NCBI GenBank assembly: GCA_963713825.1
Contig: CAVQNG010000003.1
Coordinates: 352,001-416,000, forward strand
DNA: 64,000 nucleotides
Source: an uncultured Acidobacteriota bacterium
GTDB taxonomy: Bacteria > Acidobacteriota > Thermoanaerobaculia > Multivoradales > JAHEKO01
Reading direction: 5' to 3'
How positions within the stretch are numbered: the stretch's first letter is position 1; each line of letters opens with the position of its first letter. The position numbers and the translations under genes are program-made. The notes beneath the pieces were generated by a model, which did no database searches, had not been told where the DNA came from, and worked only from the letters and a program-made list of their open reading frames with translations. Positions 52,631 through 60,316 of this stretch are shown piece by piece.

Positions 52631-53226
52631 TGCAAACCCCCTTCGAGGGTTGTTGCCAGTTGTTTGTAGGCGCGCGCGAGGCGCTTGCGGATGCCGACGG
52701 GGGAGAGCCCTTGGTGTCTGGCGATCTCGGCGACCGACAGCTCAGCCCAGAACCGCGCTGTCACAGCGAATCGGAGCTCATCGGGAAGCTCCAGAACAGC
52801 ACGTCGAAGCCGTTCGGCCTCGGCGCTCCTCGCTGTCGCTTCATCGGGGGTCTCGTCTGGATCGAGGAGTTGGTCGATCTGCTCCTCGGTCATCGGCTCG
52901 AGCCTTCTTGGACCCCGGATGTGATTCAGAAAGGTGTTGTACGCGATGCGATACAACCAGGTAGAGAACTTGCTGTTACCCCGGAACTTGCCGATCGACC
53001 GCCAGGCTTTGCGGTAGGTCTCTTGAGTGAGGTCGGCAACCAGCTCCTCGTCGCCGCCAGTGAGTCGGCACAACGATGCGAAGACGGCACGGTACGTACA
53101 GCGTGCCAGCGCATCCGCCGCGTCGAGGTCTCCCTTCGCGGCTCTTGGCCAGAGGACTGCCTCGTCGTCGGCCATCGGAGGCGGGCCACCTGGGTCGGGT
53201 GTTTCCACTGCGCTTATGCTCTCCAT
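52627..53226 (-). CDS. ECF RNA polymerase sigma factor
   Basis: DLTQETYRKAW, FSTWLYRIAYN, IRKRLARA; ATGA overlap with the vWA gene. Confidence 0.92.
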   Translation of the reverse strand: MESISAVETPDPGGPPPMADDEAVLWPRAAKGDLDAADALARCTYRAVFASLCRLTGGDEELVADLTQETYRKAWRSIGKFRGNSKFSTWLYRIAYNTFLNHIRGPRRLEPMTEEQIDQLLDPDETPDEATARSAEAERLRRAVLELPDELRFAVTARFWAELSVAEIARHQGLSPVGIRKRLARAYKQLATTLEGGLQ

Positions 53227-53232
53227 GCCTAG

Positions 53233-53261
53233 TTAGACATAGAACGAGGCGAAAAGGAAAC
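53233..53261 (-). promoter_or_regulatory. Putative ECF promoter giving a leaderless transcript
   Basis: GTTTCC-N17-GTCTAA ending 6 nt before ATG 53226; no RBS. Confidence 0.55.
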
Positions 53262-53363
53262 TCGCGGTCGGAGCTGATCAGCCGATGCTCCGGGCTCGAT
53301 CACCAGGTGCAGAGGCCGAGGTGGAGATCCGACTTCGTTTCAGCAGCAATGGCGAAATCAGGA

Positions 53364-53416
53364 TTACTGAAAAACGATGAGGATTTATTGTTTATCAATA
53401 ATTTCTTAGATATAAT
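53364..53416 (+). promoter_or_regulatory. Sigma70 promoter with tandem operators for the DUF2975-XRE operon
   Basis: TTGTTT-N17-TATAAT; palindrome TTATTG-N5-CAATAA (53385-53401) and degenerate TTACTG-N5-CGATGA (53364-53380). Confidence 0.7.
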
Positions 53417-53445
53417 GGCACTTCCTGACACGGGAGGGTATACCG

Positions 53446-54126
53446 ATGAGTGCCAAGAGCAAGAATCTGCCCGTTCGCGTTCTGAAGATCTGGTTCGACG
53501 TCGCGCTTGTCCTTGGTGGCGCAGCCACTGTCGTCTTTCTGCTGTGGTTGACACTCTCACCGTTTCTGATGGCCGGCGGCGACCTGCAAGCCGACGCCAC
53601 GGTGCGCGTGGTTGTGGGAGAACGAAGCTGGATTCCTGTCTACGCGCTGGAGTTCATCCCGATGGGGGACTCTGGCGATTTCTGGATGGAAGAGGCCCGC
53701 CTGGTCAAAGCCGGCGGGGAGCTACGGTTTCTCACCACGAGCTGGTGGCTACACTTCGCCTCGCTCGGCGAAATCATGCTGGGCGCGATCATCGTCCTCT
53801 ACATAATCTGGAGCCTGCGCAAACTCCTTGTCAACGTGCTCGATGATCGGCCGTTCGCAGCCGCCAACGGGCAGATCCTGCGCCGGTCCGGCTTCATCAT
53901 CTTGATTGTGGGCGCTGTTTGGCCGGTGGCGGACTTTGCTCTCTCCGACTACGTTCTGTCGCGCATCGATGTCGCCAACATCGATCTTCGCCCGGCCATC
54001 ACTCTCGACAAGAACGTCTTCGTCGTCGGTCTCTTGTTCCTCGTCTTCGGCGCCATCCTGACTCACGGCCACGAGCTCCAGGAGCACGAACGGGCGCTGG
54101 AAGAAGAGCAGGCCTTCACCATCTAG
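53446..54126 (+). CDS. DUF2975 family membrane protein
   Basis: Four TM helices, PFAAAN, C-terminal GHELQ...EEEQAFTI. Confidence 0.85.
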   Translation: MSAKSKNLPVRVLKIWFDVALVLGGAATVVFLLWLTLSPFLMAGGDLQADATVRVVVGERSWIPVYALEFIPMGDSGDFWMEEARLVKAGGELRFLTTSWWLHFASLGEIMLGAIIVLYIIWSLRKLLVNVLDDRPFAAANGQILRRSGFIILIVGAVWPVADFALSDYVLSRIDVANIDLRPAITLDKNVFVVGLLFLVFGAILTHGHELQEHERALEEEQAFTI

Positions 54127-54143
54127 ACGGACGAGCGATCACA

Positions 54144-54356
54144 ATGCCCATCCAAGTGAACCTCGACCTGATGCTGGTGAAACGCAAGGTGTCGCTCACC
54201 GAGCTCGCAGATCGCGTCGGCATCACCATCGCCAACCTGTCGATCCTCAAGACAAACAAGGCTCGGGCGGTTCGCTTCTCCACTCTCGCGGCGCTTTGTC
54301 GCGAGCTCGATTGTCAGCCGAGCGATCTGCTGGAATACGTTGACGACATTCAGTAA
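54144..54356 (+). CDS. XRE/Cro-CI HTH regulator (YozG-like)
   Basis: MPIQVNLDLML, ITIANLSILKTNKARAVRFSTL, CQPSDLL. Confidence 0.92.
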   Translation: MPIQVNLDLMLVKRKVSLTELADRVGITIANLSILKTNKARAVRFSTLAALCRELDCQPSDLLEYVDDIQ

Positions 54357-54419
54357 GCCGACTGCAATCTGGCCTCCGCTCACTCTGCTCCGAGACACTC
54401 TTGTGCAGTCGGGAAGATC

Positions 54420-56003
54420 CTATTCCTGGCGACCGAACAGGCCCATGGACTTGACCAATCTCGACTCGATCGGCCATCGGGTCTCGAGGTTGGAGACGCG
54501 ATACCGTGCCACCGGGTAATAGAGCTTGGCCAACGCGACCACCAGGGGATTCGTCTTCTTGTACGGATTGACGAAGTGTCCCTTGCCCAGGAACATCAGA
54601 GGAAAATCAAGCGCCGTGATCATCTTCTTGGTGGCAGCCGGCAGCCAGGGTGAATCAGCTGCCACGTTGCGGAAGTTGAAGTGCCCCCACCCCTCGAGGG
54701 TTGCGGGCTCGCGCAATCCCTGCTCGACACAGACGTCGTACAACTGTGTTCCCGGGTATGGCGTGTAGATGTTGAAGGTCTTGACGGCTCTGGGGTTCTC
54801 GTCCGTGAGCTGGACCGCCAGCTGAATACTCTCTTCGAGCTCTGCGGGGGTCTCCGAGGGCAGTCCCATCATGAACAGGTAGATGGGCACGATCGGATAG
54901 GGAATCAGCTTCCTATTGGCCTCGATTACCTGCTCTACGGTGACGTCCTTCTTGATCAAGTCGAGAAGCCGTTGGCTGCCGGACTCGACCCCGACTGTGA
55001 GGCGCTTGACCTTCGCCTGAACCAGGAGCTCCAGAAAGTCCTCATCCATCTTGCAGATGGTGTCCGCTCGGATCTGCAGCTTGCTGATGGAGATGTCCAG
55101 GTCGGCACGAACGATGGCCTCCAAGATGGACCGCGCCCGCTTCATGTCGATGAAGAAGTGGTCGTCGGTAAACAGGAATCCACGGATGTCGTGGTCAGTG
55201 ATGATGCGTTGCAGCTGCTCGAGTACGGTATCCGGCTGCATCGCTCGCCATTTCCGCTTGTGCATCACCGGGTCCCAACAGAAGTTACAGCGGAAGGTGC
55301 AGCCCCGGCTGGAATTGAAACTGACGTGATCGATGCCAAAGAGCCGCCGTCGATAGCGGTTCATGTCGATCAGATGGTAGGAGAGAGGCGCCTGCTCGTC
55401 CATATTCACGAAGGGCCGCTCGCCGGTCCACCGGAAGCCGTTGGACTCCACCACTGGACCAGCGCAGGAGCTGTCGGCTTGGGGTTTCAGGACAGGCAGG
55501 ATCGATCCAGCCTCGGCGCGCACAGTGCCGGAAGCGGCGGAAGTCTCTCCATCTTCCTTGTACCAGATGCCGGCGACCTGGCTCAGCGGCGTCCCTGACT
55601 CCAGAGCTTTGACCAACTCCAGAAACGTCTCTTCGCCCTCACCCACGACGACGATATCCACCAGGGGATGCGACAGGGTCTGCTGCGGCATCAGGCTGGC
55701 GTGAACGCCTCCCCAAACGATCGGCACGTCAGGGTGTCGCTTGCGCACCAACCTGCAACCTTCGAGCGCATGCCAGATCTGAGGTCCCGTCATACAGGTG
55801 ACACCGAAGCAAATCGGCCGCTCCTCGATGCCAGCCAACAACTCCTGCTTCCAATCTGGATTGGCAAACTCGTCGATGATCTGGATGCGGTAACCGAGGC
55901 GATCCAATGGCGTCGCCGTGCACAACAGGCTCAAGGGCAGCTCCACCCGTCGCTGCACTTGCTTGCCTGCCCTCGGCGCTGGATTGAAAAGTACGATGTC
56001 CAT
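54420..56003 (-). CDS. B12-binding radical SAM protein
   Basis: B12 domain (WGGVHAS, GEGEET), SSRGCTFRCNFC (CxxxCxxC), GVESGS, PYPGT. Confidence 0.92.
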   Translation of the reverse strand: MDIVLFNPAPRAGKQVQRRVELPLSLLCTATPLDRLGYRIQIIDEFANPDWKQELLAGIEERPICFGVTCMTGPQIWHALEGCRLVRKRHPDVPIVWGGVHASLMPQQTLSHPLVDIVVVGEGEETFLELVKALESGTPLSQVAGIWYKEDGETSAASGTVRAEAGSILPVLKPQADSSCAGPVVESNGFRWTGERPFVNMDEQAPLSYHLIDMNRYRRRLFGIDHVSFNSSRGCTFRCNFCWDPVMHKRKWRAMQPDTVLEQLQRIITDHDIRGFLFTDDHFFIDMKRARSILEAIVRADLDISISKLQIRADTICKMDEDFLELLVQAKVKRLTVGVESGSQRLLDLIKKDVTVEQVIEANRKLIPYPIVPIYLFMMGLPSETPAELEESIQLAVQLTDENPRAVKTFNIYTPYPGTQLYDVCVEQGLREPATLEGWGHFNFRNVAADSPWLPAATKKMITALDFPLMFLGKGHFVNPYKKTNPLVVALAKLYYPVARYRVSNLETRWPIESRLVKSMGLFGRQE

Positions 56004-56015
56004 TGCGCTCCTGAC

Positions 56016-56996
56016 TCAGTCTTCCGACGTTTCGCCTCTATTGGCCCCCGCCGGTGCGCTCTGAAGGCGACGCTCGCCGCCCACCAGGTCGGGATTGAAC
56101 GCTTCGAACTCGGCGGGCTCGGCAAGATGGCTCGGGGATCGATGATCGAAAGCGTACTCTCCTACCACCGGGGCCAGGCCAGACACCGGAACACCGCTCC
56201 TTTCAGCGACCAATTTGGACACGGGACGAAGCTGAGACAGGTCGATTCCGGTCTCGAAGCCCTCACGCCCGAGGAGCACCGCCACCTGCTCGAGACTGGC
56301 ATTGCCCGCCCGGTCGCCCAGTCCATTGATGGTCGCATCGATAACCGACGCACCCGCCAGAACCGCGGCCAAGGAGTTCGCGGTGGCCAGGCCCAAGTCG
56401 TTGTGACCGTGAAAGATCACCGTCGTACCCAGCTCTCCGACCAAACGGCCGACGATCTCGCGAACGCCAAACGGCTCGGCGCTGCCGTTGGTGTCGTAGA
56501 AAGTGATTCGCCCGGCACCGGCAGCGGCCGCCTGGCCAGCGATGTCAACGACAAAATCCTCATCGGTCTGGCTGGAGTGGGGAAACCCCACACCGACGTC
56601 GGAAAAGTGCTGGCAGGCCCAGGACAGAGCCTCCAGCATCATGGATACCTTGCCCTTGCGGGATGTGGGCTCACGCCTGGCCGACAACGGCACGAGCAGG
56701 TCGATACGATCGAGAAGGGCCGCAGCCTGCTCCACCTCACCTCGGAACTCAGGGGACGAAGCGTAGATCAACCCGGAGAGACGCAGACCGACCGCCGACT
56801 CCCGAAGCGCGCGGACAACTTCGAGGTCCGCCTCGACGCGGCTTGGCGCGACGACCTCTGCCTCCGCAACACCCAGCTGAGCCAAGGCCGTGGCAATCTC
56901 AGTCCGAGCTGCCATGTCGAACCACACCCCAGGGGTGTCCATGGCCTCCCTCAGGGTCGAGTCTCGCAGGATGATATGGCGCTTTGAATCCGGCAA
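56016..56996 (-). CDS. DRE-TIM metallolyase, homocitrate/isopropylmalate-synthase-like (divergent)
   Basis: DSTLREAMDTPG, DTNG, FHGHNDLGLATANSLAA, NGLGDRAGNA; probable TTG start at 56996 with GAGGAG RBS. Confidence 0.85.
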   Translation of the reverse strand: MPDSKRHIILRDSTLREAMDTPGVWFDMAARTEIATALAQLGVAEAEVVAPSRVEADLEVVRALRESAVGLRLSGLIYASSPEFRGEVEQAAALLDRIDLLVPLSARREPTSRKGKVSMMLEALSWACQHFSDVGVGFPHSSQTDEDFVVDIAGQAAAAGAGRITFYDTNGSAEPFGVREIVGRLVGELGTTVIFHGHNDLGLATANSLAAVLAGASVIDATINGLGDRAGNASLEQVAVLLGREGFETGIDLSQLRPVSKLVAERSGVPVSGLAPVVGEYAFDHRSPSHLAEPAEFEAFNPDLVGGERRLQSAPAGANRGETSED

Positions 56997-57031
56997 TGGA
57001 GAATCTCCTCGGGAGAACGGCCCTGCTCGGG

Positions 57032-58219
57032 TCAGTCCCCCGCCTCCCACTCCTCGGCCCACGCTTCCGGAACAACCTTACCGTCCGGCCTACCTGTACC
57101 GCTGGTGAGACACACCAGGACTCGGGTGCCGGCGGCAATCCGGCCGGCGGCAATCTCTTTCAGCGTCCCGGTCAGTGCCAGCAGGCCCGTCGTTTCCACG
57201 ATCTCTCCTTCTCGGACGAATATGTTCACGCCTGCTGCCGCCAGGACGTCCAAGATCCCGGCACCGTCGAATTCGTCCTCCAGTAGACGTCTGAAGTCTG
57301 CCGAGTCTACAAGAGTCAGATCACCTTTCGTCTCGCCCAGAATTCCGCGCAACTCCTCGACCGTACCGTAGCTTTGCGGGCTGGCGTCATACATGACACG
57401 GGTCAGGAGCCGCCCCGTTGAATCGATCTCTGAACCGACCTCTCCCGCTCCGGCGCCCGTGTCAGTACCCCGTAGGGCGCGATACATGGGGCAATTGGGG
57501 GCTTGCTGGACACCGAGAAAGCTCGGCAGTCGACCCAGGTCGTGCTTGTGCTGGCGCAGCACCCGAAAGATGCCGATGGGGGCAAAGGCTGCGCTGATGG
57601 TCTGGGCCAGAATGTCGAACCGCAACCCAGAGAGCATGGCTTCGAGCAGGAAGCTGCCGATGAACGTCGATGCCTCCAGGCGCCACTCGGGCTGCGGAAC
57701 CTTGGGGAGCCCCTCGCGCTTGCGAAGCTCACTGGCCACTTGCTTGACGCGGTGACGATCCCGCACAGCAATGAGATGCGTGGTCGTAGCCTCGAAGGCG
57801 GCACTGTCCAGGAGACTGAGATTCTCGCCTGGGAGAACCAGGTACGTCTCCAGTCCGACCCGCCTGCCGTAAATGGAAAGTGCTGTACCAGTGTTGCCGC
57901 CCGACTCGAACGCGACCTTCTGATACCCCCGCTGCAGCGACCTCGCGATCGAGACCGCTCCGTCGATCGACTTCAGGGTGTGCGTGTGCATCAGGGAGGT
58001 CTCATCCAGCACCGAAATCTCCACGTCGCGGTAGGTAAGGAGCGGCAAGATCCTCAGCCCCTCACGGATGCTCGTGCGTTCCAGGAGCCCCTTGAAAGCC
58101 TCATCGTCGGCTGGCGACTCCTCGAAGCGCAGGCAGTTCCGATACCGCAGAACCACGCTTTGCTCGCCGCTATGACGCCGATCGATAGCGCCCAGAAACT
58201 CACTCGCCGAAGAATTCAT
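57032..58219 (-). CDS. PLP-dependent fold-type II enzyme, threonine/cysteate-synthase-like (divergent)
   Basis: EGLRILPL, HTHTLKSIDG (PLP Lys), ESGGNTG, GVQQ, VLVCLTSG. Confidence 0.8.
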   Translation of the reverse strand: MNSSASEFLGAIDRRHSGEQSVVLRYRNCLRFEESPADDEAFKGLLERTSIREGLRILPLLTYRDVEISVLDETSLMHTHTLKSIDGAVSIARSLQRGYQKVAFESGGNTGTALSIYGRRVGLETYLVLPGENLSLLDSAAFEATTTHLIAVRDRHRVKQVASELRKREGLPKVPQPEWRLEASTFIGSFLLEAMLSGLRFDILAQTISAAFAPIGIFRVLRQHKHDLGRLPSFLGVQQAPNCPMYRALRGTDTGAGAGEVGSEIDSTGRLLTRVMYDASPQSYGTVEELRGILGETKGDLTLVDSADFRRLLEDEFDGAGILDVLAAAGVNIFVREGEIVETTGLLALTGTLKEIAAGRIAAGTRVLVCLTSGTGRPDGKVVPEAWAEEWEAGD

Positions 58220-58772
58220 GATGCGTCATCTCTGCCAGAGGCCGTAGTTGTTTGGTCGGGGGCGTCTCGTCCGGATAGCCAAGAGGGAGAAGGGTCACCA
58301 GCCGAATCCCCTCGGGTAAACGCAGGAGCTTACCGAGCTCCACTTCGAGGCCGCGATCGTGTGGCTGGTAGGCCGACAGATAGACGCTGCCGAGCCCCTT
58401 GTCTTGCGCCGCCAAGAGCAGCCATGCGGTGGCCAGAACGCCATTCTCCAGGTCGCGGCCAAAGGACCGGTCCTGATCCACCCCCACCGCCACAATCACC
58501 GGGGCCCGGGAAACAAAGTCGGCCAGGAAGGAGCTCTTCTCAGCTGGGCAGAAACGGTTCTTGAGCTCGCTGATCCGCCTCTTGGTCTCGGCATCACGGA
58601 CAACGACAAAGCACCACGGTTGCCCATTCATGGACGAAGGTGCCTGCCTCGCTGACTCCAGGATCTCTGTTATCACCGCCTCCGGCACGTCTCGAGTCTG
58701 GTAGCGGCGAATCGACCGGCGTTGCAGGACAACCTCTTCGAAATTCTGGGCTGACACAGTTCTCTCTCCCAT
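58200..58772 (-). CDS. Nitroreductase family flavoprotein
   Basis: RRSIRRY, APSSMNGQPWCFVVV, GLGSV, LGYP. Confidence 0.92.
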   Translation of the reverse strand: MGERTVSAQNFEEVVLQRRSIRRYQTRDVPEAVITEILESARQAPSSMNGQPWCFVVVRDAETKRRISELKNRFCPAEKSSFLADFVSRAPVIVAVGVDQDRSFGRDLENGVLATAWLLLAAQDKGLGSVYLSAYQPHDRGLEVELGKLLRLPEGIRLVTLLPLGYPDETPPTKQLRPLAEMTHHEFFGE

Positions 58773-58798
58773 CCGTGAAGATTCTCGATCCTGGAGGA

Positions 58799-60019
58799 CT
58801 ATAGTCGCAGTGACCTGCGAAAGTACGGCTTGGACAGAGCTCCCACCAGGGACACCGGTAGCCAGCCACGGCGGTGGCCTTCCAGTGCCAGGTTCATCAA
58901 ACGGGAGCTGGCCGAAGGATTCTCTGCTGCAGCCCTCACCGCCTGGTGTCGCTCCACGGCGATCGGCTCCGCGATCGAGCGCACGGTGAGCCCGCGGCTG
59001 TCGGCCTGCTCGAGAAGATCCGTCATCATTCTTCTCATCCAGTTGTCGATGAGGTTCGCTGCCTCCTGCAGGGCGATGCCGGCAAAATCCATCGTGCCGC
59101 CCAGGACTCCACCGCTGTTACACACGAAATCGGGAAGGTAGAGGTGGCCGCGATCGAAAAGAGCCGCCTCGGCTTCTGGAGTCGCCGGATTGTTGGCACC
59201 CGGACAGATGATGGGAGCAGCGATCCGAGAGACATTGTCCTGGTGCAGTGAGTAGTGCCGTGCACAAGGAAGAAGCAGGTCGACGGGCAACTCGAGCAGC
59301 TCATGGCGTTGCAGTACGAGCTTGGGGTCGTACTCTTTGACGATTCGGCTGCCCATTTCCCTTGCCATGCCCCGTAGTCGATCGATATCCAAGCCCTCGG
59401 GGTCGTAGAGAGCTCCCTGCGAGGTAGATATCGCCACCACCTTTGCACCGCGACTGCTAAGCAAATCTGCCACCACAGAACCCACACTTCCGAAGCCTTC
59501 GATCGCGACCTTGCTGCCTACAAGGCTGCCCTGCCGCCACTCCACGGCTGCCTGAGCGGCCGCCACACAGCTCACCGCGGTGTAGTAGCCGGAGTCCCTC
59601 CCACGCCACTCGCGGTGCTTCACCGCTAGACCGATGGAGCACATCATCGAGCGTATGTCCTCTCCTCGGGTGCCCAGGTCGGCATCGGGTTGATAAACCC
59701 TCTGCATGAGATAGGGACGAACAGCAGCTGCAAAGTCGCTCAACAACCGCTGCCTTTCCTCTGGTGGCGCTTCGGCATCGCCGCGAATTCCCGCCTTGGC
59801 TCCTCCCTGAGGCAATCCAAGGAGACCGTACTTCAGCGTCATCGCGCGGGCTGCCACGCACAGCTCGACCTCGCTGAGATCAGGAACGATCCGCAGGCCG
59901 CCCCGGGAGCACTCACCAATTGTGGAGTCGATGACGATGAAAGCCGCCGGGGACTCCCCGCCTCCGACCTCGATAACGCGCTGCTCGTCGCGCTGACGGC
60001 TCTCGACTTCCCAGGTCAT
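58799..60019 (-). CDS. Glu/Leu/Phe/Val dehydrogenase family protein (divergent)
   Basis: RGGLR, MTLKY, GGAKAGI, IEGFGSVG, GANNP, PDFVCNSGGV. Confidence 0.88.
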   Translation of the reverse strand: MTWEVESRQRDEQRVIEVGGGESPAAFIVIDSTIGECSRGGLRIVPDLSEVELCVAARAMTLKYGLLGLPQGGAKAGIRGDAEAPPEERQRLLSDFAAAVRPYLMQRVYQPDADLGTRGEDIRSMMCSIGLAVKHREWRGRDSGYYTAVSCVAAAQAAVEWRQGSLVGSKVAIEGFGSVGSVVADLLSSRGAKVVAISTSQGALYDPEGLDIDRLRGMAREMGSRIVKEYDPKLVLQRHELLELPVDLLLPCARHYSLHQDNVSRIAAPIICPGANNPATPEAEAALFDRGHLYLPDFVCNSGGVLGGTMDFAGIALQEAANLIDNWMRRMMTDLLEQADSRGLTVRSIAEPIAVERHQAVRAAAENPSASSRLMNLALEGHRRGWLPVSLVGALSKPYFRRSLRL

Positions 60020-60198
60020 GACGGAACCTGCCGCACCACGAGCTTGAACTTCCGGGATTCTGGAGGTGGAAAGAAGTCAGTCTGGACCAGAGAAACATCC
60101 ATGTCTTCGTGTGTGAGGCGCCACAAAATCTGGAGCAATCACCACCGACTCGCCTCTGAGGCACTGTCTGGGTTCGCGCCTCCGTAGGGGAGAGCCAT
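60016..60198 (-). other. Candidate short ORF with an in-frame TGA, coupled to the dehydrogenase start
   Basis: MALPYGGANPDSASEASRW-[TGA 60139-60141]-LLQILWRLTHEDMDVSLVQTDFFPPPESRKFKLVVRQVPS*; the stop overlaps the next ATG (ATGA). Confidence 0.3.
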
Positions 60199-60316
60199 CA
60201 GGAATTCGGCAGTCAATTCAAGTGCGAACTGTACCAGTCTCTCTGGTTCCCTGGGACAGTAGATCCGGGTCGCCAGGAGAGACTTCCGGATCGATGTCGA
60301 TCAGTACGATCAGGCG

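Noticed and set aside
54420-60019. Classical phosphonate cluster or nitrogenase-linked nifV
   Set aside because: No PEP mutase or nif genes are in the window, and the synthase motifs differ from NifV.
60100-60230. Riboswitch (cobalamin, SAM or fluoride) in the operon leader
   Set aside because: No B12-box, S-box or crcB consensus is recognisable by eye.
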